Shown: positions 55,879 through 64,000 of the stretch, piece by piece | How positions within the stretch are numbered: position 1 is the stretch's first letter | Layout of the letters: each line of letters opens with the position of its first letter | Origin: an uncultured virus (IMG/VR IMGVR_UViG_3300020413_000001) | Lineage: Duplodnaviria > Heunggongvirae > Uroviricota > Caudoviricetes | DNA length: 64,000 nt | Strand: one strand, 5' to 3' | Virus record (IMG/VR): IMGVR_UViG_3300020413_000001 | The notes under the pieces: generated by a model | What the model was told of the DNA's origin: nothing | Database searches by the model: none | What the model saw: only the letters and a program-made list of their open reading frames with translations | Program-made: the position numbers and the translations under genes

Positions 55879-58800
55879 TTGGAAATAGTAAACGGATTTT
55901 TTGGTCCATTGTCAAGTTAGAAAATTGGTTAGCTGCCTGTGATTGTGTCATAACAGACTGGTCAATTGATGGTAAGTTTAATGAAGTTTGTGTAACTGGT
56001 GTGTCTTCCATTATAGGCATTAAAGGGTTTTCAATTGATGGAAACACTGCTTCGTCTAATGTAAGATCTATTAATTGATCATAAATTTCTTCAACAGCAT
56101 CTTGTGCTTCTTCGTAAGGATTTTCTAAACCTAAACGTTCTGCATTTTGTTCAAACGCTTGTTGTATTTCAACAGATGGTAAAAAAGGTTGAAATTCTCC
56201 TTCAGTCAAAGAGTTATAAGCTTTTGTTCCAACTCTATCAAAAGCTTCTATAATTTGATCTTCATCTAAACCTAATGTTTCTCCTGCTTCCATATCTAAT
56301 TTCATATTTTTTTGTACACCAAATAAAGCACGGTTAGCATTTATAAAAGAATCTACAATGGTTCTTGGTTCTACCGGTCCACCTTTTAATACTTCTCTAG
56401 TAAATAAAGATCTAGAATCTCTAGTTCCTTTTTGAAAGTCTGCAATTTTAAAGTTCATAACTCTTTCTGCATTAATTTCTACAGGTCTAAAGCCAAACAA
56501 TCCTGCAAACTCAGGACCAAATTCATATGTTTGACCATACTTATCAAATTTACCTTTAGTAATCACATCAACTTCTTCTATTGATTGGTCCATTCTTTTT
56601 AATTGATTAAGTGAAAAAGGCATTTGTGCTTCTACTAAGTGAGCCATAATTTTACTGGCTTTATCACCTGACGTATCTTGTGGGTTAAATACTTGGTAAC
56701 CTTCTCTTGTTCTACCACCTCTAACTAATATATCTGTAACAGCTTCTGTCCAAATAGATTCAGAAATAAATGGTGATGCAAATTCTTTCATGGCTTCAAA
56801 CGTACCACCAATAAAGTCATTAACTATACCATCATTATCTTTTTCACCATCAGCCACTCTGTTAACTACAGTTTGTAGTGGTCTAATTAATGTGTCATAA
56901 GCATTAGCGTGACTAAAATCTACGTAAGAGAAAGAACCATCTTTGTTTTTAATTGGTAGTAGGGTTGAGTTTTTAGACCAGTCAGCAACGTATCTTTTAA
57001 TTGCTTGTCTCTCATCATCAGTTACATCGTATAGTGCACCAAACATTTCTGATACTGCATACGGTACAGCTGCAACGGTTGTAGTAAATCCAAACAATCT
57101 TGTGTACCCTGTTCTTTGAAAAGGTTTTAAAGTTTTACCATTAACAATTATCTCTTCGTTAATTTCTTTAAGTGCTCTCGTTACAATGTTTGTACCTGTT
57201 CTAGCAATCTCTGCAGGGAATGATACAAAGTTTCCAATAGGTAGTTTTCTTAGACCTTTAATAAACTCTGATACATAATCATAGTTAGGTATGTTATTTC
57301 GAACAATATCAGCTGCTTGTTCTTCTAAATATTCTTTTGTTAATCTTACCTCTTCACCGGCAGCGTTCTTAAAAAACTGTCCTCTAACTACACCCACTCT
57401 TTCAAAAGCTTTTTCCATTCTTTTTTGTTCCATAGCCCATGATGCTATCTTCCAGAAATCATCTTCAGCTGTGTATAAATCTTGTGATACAGATTTTAAT
57501 TTTGATAATGGTTTTAACAATAATCTCATACCTTTGTCAGATGTCATAGTCTCACCAAAGTTTACATCTTCCATAAGTCTTGCAAGGTCCCCAAGTCTAA
57601 CGTTAGAATTTACAACTCCAAGTTCTAACAATCTTTCATACAATTCATTCTGTTGCCTTGTGCCTTTTAACGGTGTTTGTAATGCTTGGTAAGCTTGTTT
57701 GATTGCAGCACCATCGGGTACAATACCATTAGCTGTAGCAAAAGCTCCAGCACTTACAAAGTTACGCATGTGTGTAACTGGTGATAAAATTGTTTTAGCA
57801 ATCTGTGATGTAGCTTTAGGATACAACACTAAACTTTCATACATCTGCGCTAAGAATTTATTGTTTTCTGTTTGTAATGATGTTTGTTTTAATGCATCTG
57901 CAACACCAGGTCGTGCATACAAAGGATTTTGTGGATCAGCAAAAGGATTAGTTGCACCTTTACTAATGGATAACTTACCTGATGGATCGATCACTTCTAT
58001 TTTTTTAAAGTCCTCACCAAATTGTTTCATGGCATCGTCATAACTTCTTGCAAACATTGGCTCTTTACCAGCGGCTTCAAGCTCATCAGATTTTCTAATT
58101 AAGTCATCAAAAAAAGTATTTCGTCTAGATATAACAGATAGTTTAGCTGTACCCCCTAGAATAGTTTGCATAGGATTTTTTTGTCTGCCTAATAATTGTT
58201 CTATAGCTTCTCGTGGTCCGCCTTTTTGTATGTCTAACATAGATACAAACTCTTTTGGTTTAGCATCATTTGCTTTATCCAATGTAGTTTTGTTTAAAAA
58301 GAAACTTGGTATTTTAAATAATGGTACATTACCTCTGTCCATTTTAAATCCTGGAGGCATCTTAACTGTTCTAAGTATACCAGCGATTGCATCATCTGCT
58401 TCTTGTTCACTTAATTCTTTACCTGCTTGTTCTGCACTTTGCATTAAAACAGCTCTTGTTTTTCCTATTGCCTCAGCTGTAGGTGTATAATTAAACCAAG
58501 GTATTAAAGATTTGTTTTGAAATATATCATAAGTTGAACCAAGGTAGTCTTTAAATTTACCACCAAATAATTCTTTAAACTCTGCTAATTCTTTTTTATC
58601 TAACTTACCGCCAACCTCACTAAATAGTTTACCCCATCTAGTTCTAATGTTAGATAAGCCACCATAAATAGCTGTTTCTATTTCTTTTGCTTGGTCAGCG
58701 TTTTTTGAAAACTTTGCAATTTTTTCTGATAGTTTTGCTTTTTTGGCTGCATCTAATGCATCAAATGTCATTACACCTGTATCATCTATCTTAGGGTTAC

Positions 58801-59674
58801 CAGACAACAACAGATCATTAACTTCACCTAAAAATTTATTTCTGTTTGCAGCATTTTGTTTATTAAAAATAGTTCTGATAGGTGGAAATAATTTATCTAC
58901 ACTAATATCTATTTCTCTAGATGTGTTTCTTGCAGCTGCCGCATCCCCTGCTCTTAAACCTATTTGTTCTCTCTCCATTTGGAAAAACTCTGGAGTCTTG
59001 TCACCCCTTGCTCTCATTTTACCAGCAACTTTGTCAATCCATTTATCTATTTTACTGTTGTTGACATCTAATTTTTTATTTCTTTGCGCAACTTTTTTAA
59101 TTCCTGCACCAACACCACCAAGGATACCGGTAAACAATGCACCTTCAGTTCCAAACTTAACTCTGTTTAATAGTTCTCTACCTGGATCGTTCTCATCATC
59201 TTGTAAATTAAATGCTAGTGAACCTGCTGCTTCTACGTCACCAACAAATACACCTTCAGCTATACCACCTGCAACAGCACCCGCTAAAAGTTTAGCAGCA
59301 CCACCACCACCCCTCATATTTTTTATTGCGCTAGCTAATTTAGGACTGTTAGCTTTTAATAATGTACCAGTCTTACCTGCATTAATTGCTTTCTCTGCAA
59401 GTTTACTACCAAGTTTAAAACCATATCCACCTGGTAAACCTATGTTGACTAGTAGTTCTGTAATTTTTCCAGCGGCTGTTGCCTCTGCTCTTTCATCAAA
59501 TGTTGTAAGGTCATCAAAGAATTGTTCTACTTCAGCAGCTTTGTTTGTCCCTGCGCCCAGGTCTATAAGTGTTGCGCCTAATGAAAATGCGCCTTTAGGT
59601 ATTGCAATTAAACCTGATGCTATGCCGGACAGGACTGATTCAATAGTGCCTACTCGACTAAAATCTTCAGCCAT
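55871..59674 (-). CDS. Large internal virion/ejection protein, 1267 aa
   Basis: Largest ORF; last of the ejection cluster; KTILSP.TH.RN..S and GNFVSFPAEI.R motifs. Confidence 0.65.
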   Translation of the reverse strand: MAEDFSRVGTIESVLSGIASGLIAIPKGAFSLGATLIDLGAGTNKAAEVEQFFDDLTTFDERAEATAAGKITELLVNIGLPGGYGFKLGSKLAEKAINAGKTGTLLKANSPKLASAIKNMRGGGGAAKLLAGAVAGGIAEGVFVGDVEAAGSLAFNLQDDENDPGRELLNRVKFGTEGALFTGILGGVGAGIKKVAQRNKKLDVNNSKIDKWIDKVAGKMRARGDKTPEFFQMEREQIGLRAGDAAAARNTSREIDISVDKLFPPIRTIFNKQNAANRNKFLGEVNDLLLSGNPKIDDTGVMTFDALDAAKKAKLSEKIAKFSKNADQAKEIETAIYGGLSNIRTRWGKLFSEVGGKLDKKELAEFKELFGGKFKDYLGSTYDIFQNKSLIPWFNYTPTAEAIGKTRAVLMQSAEQAGKELSEQEADDAIAGILRTVKMPPGFKMDRGNVPLFKIPSFFLNKTTLDKANDAKPKEFVSMLDIQKGGPREAIEQLLGRQKNPMQTILGGTAKLSVISRRNTFFDDLIRKSDELEAAGKEPMFARSYDDAMKQFGEDFKKIEVIDPSGKLSISKGATNPFADPQNPLYARPGVADALKQTSLQTENNKFLAQMYESLVLYPKATSQIAKTILSPVTHMRNFVSAGAFATANGIVPDGAAIKQAYQALQTPLKGTRQQNELYERLLELGVVNSNVRLGDLARLMEDVNFGETMTSDKGMRLLLKPLSKLKSVSQDLYTAEDDFWKIASWAMEQKRMEKAFERVGVVRGQFFKNAAGEEVRLTKEYLEEQAADIVRNNIPNYDYVSEFIKGLRKLPIGNFVSFPAEIARTGTNIVTRALKEINEEIIVNGKTLKPFQRTGYTRLFGFTTTVAAVPYAVSEMFGALYDVTDDERQAIKRYVADWSKNSTLLPIKNKDGSFSYVDFSHANAYDTLIRPLQTVVNRVADGEKDNDGIVNDFIGGTFEAMKEFASPFISESIWTEAVTDILVRGGRTREGYQVFNPQDTSGDKASKIMAHLVEAQMPFSLNQLKRMDQSIEEVDVITKGKFDKYGQTYEFGPEFAGLFGFRPVEINAERVMNFKIADFQKGTRDSRSLFTREVLKGGPVEPRTIVDSFINANRALFGVQKNMKLDMEAGETLGLDEDQIIEAFDRVGTKAYNSLTEGEFQPFLPSVEIQQAFEQNAERLGLENPYEEAQDAVEEIYDQLIDLTLDEAVFPSIENPLMPIMEDTPVTQTSLNLPSIDQSVMTQSQAANQFSNLTMDQKIRLLFPNG

Positions 59675-59682
59675 GGTCCCTC

Positions 59683-60882
59683 CTATTCTTCTTTACCGAA
59701 ATTCCACCATTTTTTATCTGAAGTGGATGAAGTAACTATTTCTTCTTTTAAAATTTTTCCGTTTTTATCTAGTTCAATAATTCTACCTTTAACAGTGTAC
59801 ACTCCAGCTCCATCAAAATCTGTTGATTTAACAAAGTCACTTACAGATTTATGGTCTTTAGAATTAATTGTTCCTTTATAAGTATTATTATCATAAGCGT
59901 CGCTTACACCTATTAATTGTTGTGCAACATATTCAGTAAGTTTATTACCTGTTAATTTTGCATCAATGGCTTTGTTTTTTGCTTCTAAAAGATTTGTTGC
60001 TAAACCTTCTGCTTTTCTTGAAGCGTCTTCATCGCTATAACCTCTAGCTTTAAAGTAATTATAGTTTTGATTCATAGTTCCAGTTCCCTCTTTACTAGCT
60101 TTAATTTGATCTAATTTTAAATCTTGTTGAACCTGCATCAAGTTTGCAGCTTCTCTTAGTTTCTCTGGTTTGTCATACGATTGACTTGTTTCTGCTATAA
60201 CATCTGAGACTAAGTTCTCCGCGCCCAAGCCTGTTCTAGATATTCTTTGACCTGCTTTAATCATTGCATCGTACAATGCATTTTTCTGTGCACGATCATA
60301 ACCCAGTCCTTCTAAGATAGAGTTAACTTTTTCTTTTCTACTTAATACTTTTGGTTCATCATCAACACTATCTGTTTTACCTTTATTTTCAATGACTTCA
60401 TCAAGAGTGTATGCAAATGGAGATTTACCTTGTGTAGTTACGGTTCCATCTGCCTTTGATTTAAGCTTGTTTGCTTCTTCTAATGCTTCTAACTCTTTTA
60501 CTTTTTGTCTGTATTCTTCAGTTCCTATAAAAGTTTTTCCTATTTTTGCTTTTTGTAATTCTGTTAATGGTTCAACTGGATCTATTTGCTCTACTTCAGC
60601 AGCTAACTGATCAGTTTCAGACATATCTATTTTTGGTTTTGTAACAACTTTTTTCATGTAAGGTTTAAATTCTTGTACTCTATATGGATTTCCAATACCT
60701 AATTTAGCTGCTTCATTTAAAACTTTTGGATCGGCAGCTGTTCCATCTTGTAAAACAGCTTGAACATTTTTAAAAACACTACCAGCATCTTGGTAACCTT
60801 GTCTTGGTTCTTGTATACCGGACATAATCCCTTCTTTAATAGGGCCACCATATCTAAACATAGGTCTATTTAAAACTTTCAT
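59683..60882 (-). CDS. Putative internal virion protein, 399 aa
   Basis: Starts MKVLNRPMFRYGG; ejection-cluster position. Confidence 0.55.
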   Translation of the reverse strand: MKVLNRPMFRYGGPIKEGIMSGIQEPRQGYQDAGSVFKNVQAVLQDGTAADPKVLNEAAKLGIGNPYRVQEFKPYMKKVVTKPKIDMSETDQLAAEVEQIDPVEPLTELQKAKIGKTFIGTEEYRQKVKELEALEEANKLKSKADGTVTTQGKSPFAYTLDEVIENKGKTDSVDDEPKVLSRKEKVNSILEGLGYDRAQKNALYDAMIKAGQRISRTGLGAENLVSDVIAETSQSYDKPEKLREAANLMQVQQDLKLDQIKASKEGTGTMNQNYNYFKARGYSDEDASRKAEGLATNLLEAKNKAIDAKLTGNKLTEYVAQQLIGVSDAYDNNTYKGTINSKDHKSVSDFVKSTDFDGAGVYTVKGRIIELDKNGKILKEEIVTSSTSDKKWWNFGKEE

Positions 60883-61715
60883 TAATTGCTCCCTGGAAAT
60901 CCAAATATTTTACCGTACAATCCTCCTACTCCTAGAGCTGTACCAATTGCTTGTGACATTGGACTAACCGGTGTAGGTTCTGCGTAAGCTGCCGATGAAA
61001 CACCACCAGATAAACCTGTTAAACCTTGGCCATATTGTGATAGTCTACCATATGGTTCGTAAGCTGCTGTTCGTGCTGCTTGTTGATCTGCCTGTAGTTG
61101 AGCTTGTGTTAATCCTTGTCTTAAAGATCCCAGTTGTCCTAATGCCCCAACGTCGGCACCTAGTCCTGATCTTTGAAAATTAGATAAACCATATTGTTGA
61201 TCAACTAATTGACCACCTTGTGTAAATGCATTTGATGCTGCTTGTTGTGCGTTTTGAAATCCTGATTGTAACATTTGTGCTTGTAATGCAGATCTGTCTG
61301 CTAAAGTTCTAGCATCGTATTCACCTAACATTGCACCTTCTCTACCACCACCAAAGTTACCTGTGGCTACAGCTGCATCTTGAATAGATTGTCTATCACC
61401 TGTTCTTGATCTATCATACTCTGCAAGTGTTGTATCAATAACTTGTTGTTGATAAGGAGACATGAAAGGTTGGTAAGCCTGTGGTCCAGTTAATGAACTA
61501 AGTCCACTTACACCAGTTTGTGCAGCTTGTAAAAATGGTTGATACGATCCTACACCAGCCGTTGCTAAATTAATTGCCTGTGTTTGTAATGGGTCTTCAC
61601 CAGCAACAAATTGTCTGCCAGTAAATTTTGAAGTATCTATTGGTGCACTGTAAGCTGCTTTTGATTGTGCTGCGTAATCTTTTGCGTAATCTTGTAAAAA
61701 ATCTGGTGTTGCCAT
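60882..61715 (-). CDS. DNA transfer/pilot-like ejection protein, 277 aa
   Basis: Gln/Ala/Gly-rich; FMSPYQQQVID, GNFGGGR, C-terminal Gly-rich hydrophobic helix. Confidence 0.6.
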   Translation of the reverse strand: MATPDFLQDYAKDYAAQSKAAYSAPIDTSKFTGRQFVAGEDPLQTQAINLATAGVGSYQPFLQAAQTGVSGLSSLTGPQAYQPFMSPYQQQVIDTTLAEYDRSRTGDRQSIQDAAVATGNFGGGREGAMLGEYDARTLADRSALQAQMLQSGFQNAQQAASNAFTQGGQLVDQQYGLSNFQRSGLGADVGALGQLGSLRQGLTQAQLQADQQAARTAAYEPYGRLSQYGQGLTGLSGGVSSAAYAEPTPVSPMSQAIGTALGVGGLYGKIFGFPGSN

Positions 61716-62944
61716 TATACTACCCTTGTTTCTAATTGTTTCATATTATTATACATATCTTGTGCACCCTCTAAACCTTGTGACTCTTTAGATACCTGTC
61801 CACCAGCTTCTAAATGATCCATTAAATTTTCCATAACTTCTGCGCCTTTATCTATATCTCCACCACCTGCGTTTCTAACAGCATCTGCAGTAAATACAAA
61901 CTCATTTACACTTAATCTTGCAGGCACATCGTCTGCTTTTTCTTTTGCACCAATAGGTACAAATCCACCTTCAGCTCTGTAATCTTTTTCCATACCACCT
62001 AGATCCATTAAACCTCCTTCGGCTCTTCCTACTCTTACACCGCCTGATGGGTAGTTAAATCTGTTTGTTCCTGGAGGAGTTCCATAACCAGGTACACTAG
62101 TTAATCCGCCACCCGCCATCATCATAGGACCTTCTGGTTCTGTTTGTACTGTTTGTGATTCAGTCATCGTCATTTCTTCTTCTTCTGGTCCCTGTTCCCC
62201 GGACGCTTGTTGAAGAACAAGTTGTTTAAATTCTGGATATGATAAGTCACCACCTTGTGCTACGTATTTTTGATATTCTTGTCTTAAAAATTTTTCTGCT
62301 TCTGGTGGTAATTGTGGCCCTTCGGTTTCTACCATTTCTTCTGCCTCTACCATTTCACCATTAGCATAACCTATTCTTCCGCCTTCAGCCGCATTCTGTG
62401 GTAAATAAAATCCTTCTTGTACAAAATTTTGATTAGGTAAAAAATTCATATAAGGATCTCTGTTTCTTGCCATCATCATTGCTGTGTATGGATCAATGTA
62501 AGACTCGTCAACCTCTTCTTCTATTTCTTCGTAGGGACCCATGCCAAATGCTTTTTGTATAAATGGTGTTGCAACCGCAAGTCCACCTAAACCTATTGCT
62601 AAATTTTTACCACTAAAACCTTTTCCAGGAATCATGGATCCTAAAAAAGAACCAAATTTATTGGTTTGAAAAATTCTATTACCACCAACATTTTCAAAAC
62701 CACCTAAACCTAATCTAGAGAATAAACCTGCTTTACTAAATCCTGCTTTACTAAATCCACCACCTAGTCCATATCCTAAGCCCCCTATTAAAGCAGCTTT
62801 ACCTAATGGACTTTTAACAATTTTCTTTACACCACGAACAGCTTTTTTAACAAGTTTTCCTAAAAAATAACCTTGTCTTGGATCTTGTAAAGAACCTATT
62901 CCTGATTGTATTTGTTGTGGTTGTTGCATTCTAGATATTGCCAT
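61715..62944 (-). CDS. Putative internal virion protein with multiple AxGG motifs and a DVPARLSxxEFV domain, 409 aa
   Basis: AAEGGRIGY, MAGGGL, YPSGG, RAEGGL, RAEGGFV...DDVPARLSVNEFVFTADAVR, LEAGG. Confidence 0.65.
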   Translation of the reverse strand: MAISRMQQPQQIQSGIGSLQDPRQGYFLGKLVKKAVRGVKKIVKSPLGKAALIGGLGYGLGGGFSKAGFSKAGLFSRLGLGGFENVGGNRIFQTNKFGSFLGSMIPGKGFSGKNLAIGLGGLAVATPFIQKAFGMGPYEEIEEEVDESYIDPYTAMMMARNRDPYMNFLPNQNFVQEGFYLPQNAAEGGRIGYANGEMVEAEEMVETEGPQLPPEAEKFLRQEYQKYVAQGGDLSYPEFKQLVLQQASGEQGPEEEEMTMTESQTVQTEPEGPMMMAGGGLTSVPGYGTPPGTNRFNYPSGGVRVGRAEGGLMDLGGMEKDYRAEGGFVPIGAKEKADDVPARLSVNEFVFTADAVRNAGGGDIDKGAEVMENLMDHLEAGGQVSKESQGLEGAQDMYNNMKQLETRVV

Positions 62945-64000
62945 AATTTTACCTTAATCCTTATGTTTACTTGGTTTTTGCTAACAAATCAAGAGGTGGC
63001 ATTATAACTTTTACATCTTGAGCCATTTCTTCTTCTTTAAAACCTTTGTTTTCCCAGTCTTTTCTTTCCTTAAAAAGCTGACCAGTTTTTTTGTGTCTGT
63101 AAGTAGTTTCTACTTTAGCTTGTTTTATTTCCATTAGTCTGTTTTCTCCTTTAATATATTAAGATAGCTAATACCAAATACCACACCATCAGATACAGTG
63201 CCTGCTGTCGTGTATTCTAATGTTGTGCCACCTTCTACAATTAAAGGTAAAGTTAATATTTCTACACTTGTAGCAGCTACTAGTGTTTGTGTATTTACTA
63301 TCTCAAATGCATTATTTTTAATAGTTACCGTAGGTGTATTAGAACCTGATTTGTTTGTAACTCTTAAAGACTTTATAATAATAGTTTCATTAACACTAGG
63401 TGATAACAACGCTACTGTTTCAGCAGCTGTCGTTGTTTTACCGTAAAATTTATATTGGTTTACTACTGCCATTATTCTAAAAAGAAACTTTTAGCTTCTA
63501 TTTCTTGTTTAACTTCATCTTGAAATGAAGAGTTTAATTTTGTTATTACACCATCAAGATCTCTAACTAATGACTGTAAATTTTTTCTGCTATATTCTTC
63601 TTCAGCTCTAGTTAATGATTGTACAATTTTTGCCATTATAAACTTGCTAGTCCTCCGTATTTAAAAGTATCCGCACCTAAATCGTCCATTTTGCCTGAAC
63701 CACCATAAGGATTAGCTCCTCTAAATTCTGCTCCGCCTCTAAAGTCTCCTCCACTGGTACCATCTGAACCCCCTAATGGAGTACTTTGTGCTATTTTTAT
63801 ATCTCTTTGTCTTTGAGCTGCCGCTTCTTCTTGTTTTGCTTTTTGTTCTGCAGCAAATTTTTCTTGTGCTTTATTTGTTTTATACATTGTAGAAGCTTCT
63901 AACATTTGTTTATATTTAAACTGTTTTCTTGGGTCTGCTTTTGTTTTAGCTATTAAATCTGTTATTTCTTCTTCAGTCATCATAGTTCCATCTGGTTTTG
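61845..64000. repeat. Direct repeat, copy 2 (same as 1-2156)
   Basis: Begins CCTTTATCTATATC at 61845 and ends TCTGGTTTTG as at 2147-2156. Confidence 0.97.
63134..63472 (-). CDS. Duplicate of 1290..1628
   Basis: Identical translation. Confidence 0.7.
   Translation of the reverse strand: MAVVNQYKFYGKTTTAAETVALLSPSVNETIIIKSLRVTNKSGSNTPTVTIKNNAFEIVNTQTLVAATSVEILTLPLIVEGGTTLEYTTAGTVSDGVVFGISYLNILKEKTD

Noticed and set aside
58743..59735. 330-aa plus-strand ORF and similar antisense ORFs (e.g. 16498, 31370, 47578, 57291)
   Set aside because: Shadow frames of well-supported minus-strand genes, with no motifs or SD
1..61844. Integrase, RNA polymerase, reverse transcriptase/DGR, intron or intein, alternative genetic code
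   Set aside because: No such motifs recognised; core genes are uninterrupted and of normal length under the standard code
61845..64000. 2,156-bp repeat as a biological direct terminal repeat
   Set aside because: It starts and ends mid-gene exactly at the window edges, which fits wrap-around of a circular sequence

Overview
The window holds one complete, low-GC (roughly one third by eye) tailed-phage genome of 61,844 bp. Bases 1-2156 recur at 61845-64000, so the window wraps a circular or circularly permuted assembly. Most genes are on the minus strand. Gene content is podovirus-like: TerL, portal, scaffold, major capsid, neck/tail and P22-gp10-like proteins, large internal/ejection proteins, family A DNA polymerase (Leu762 type), primase-polymerase, SF1 and SNF2 helicases, nucleases, M15 endolysin and GroES. 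I recognised no integrase, RNA polymerase, tRNA or CRISPR. By gene content it resembles marine SAR11-type podoviruses (HTVC023P-like); this is inference and was not tested by a search. Main observations: (1) a shared hydrophobic-x-x-Gly-Gly peptide motif recurs about 14 times in seven putative virion-internal or basic proteins, plus one protein that couples it to a conserved 'DVPARLSxxEFV' domain, a candidate cargo-tagging or processing system; (2) an AT-rich island of seven 2OG-Fe(II) oxygenases plus a NodU/CmcH carbamoyltransferase inside the tail module; (3) a control region (34-40 kb) with 29-bp GC-rich quasi-palindromic repeats, CAAGC arrays fused to -35 boxes, a 10-bp-phased TRRGAT operator-like motif, an iteron-like TTGTA cluster and a detached, opposite-strand terS; (4) candidate structured RNAs. 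All calls come from reading motifs by eye; no database searches were run.
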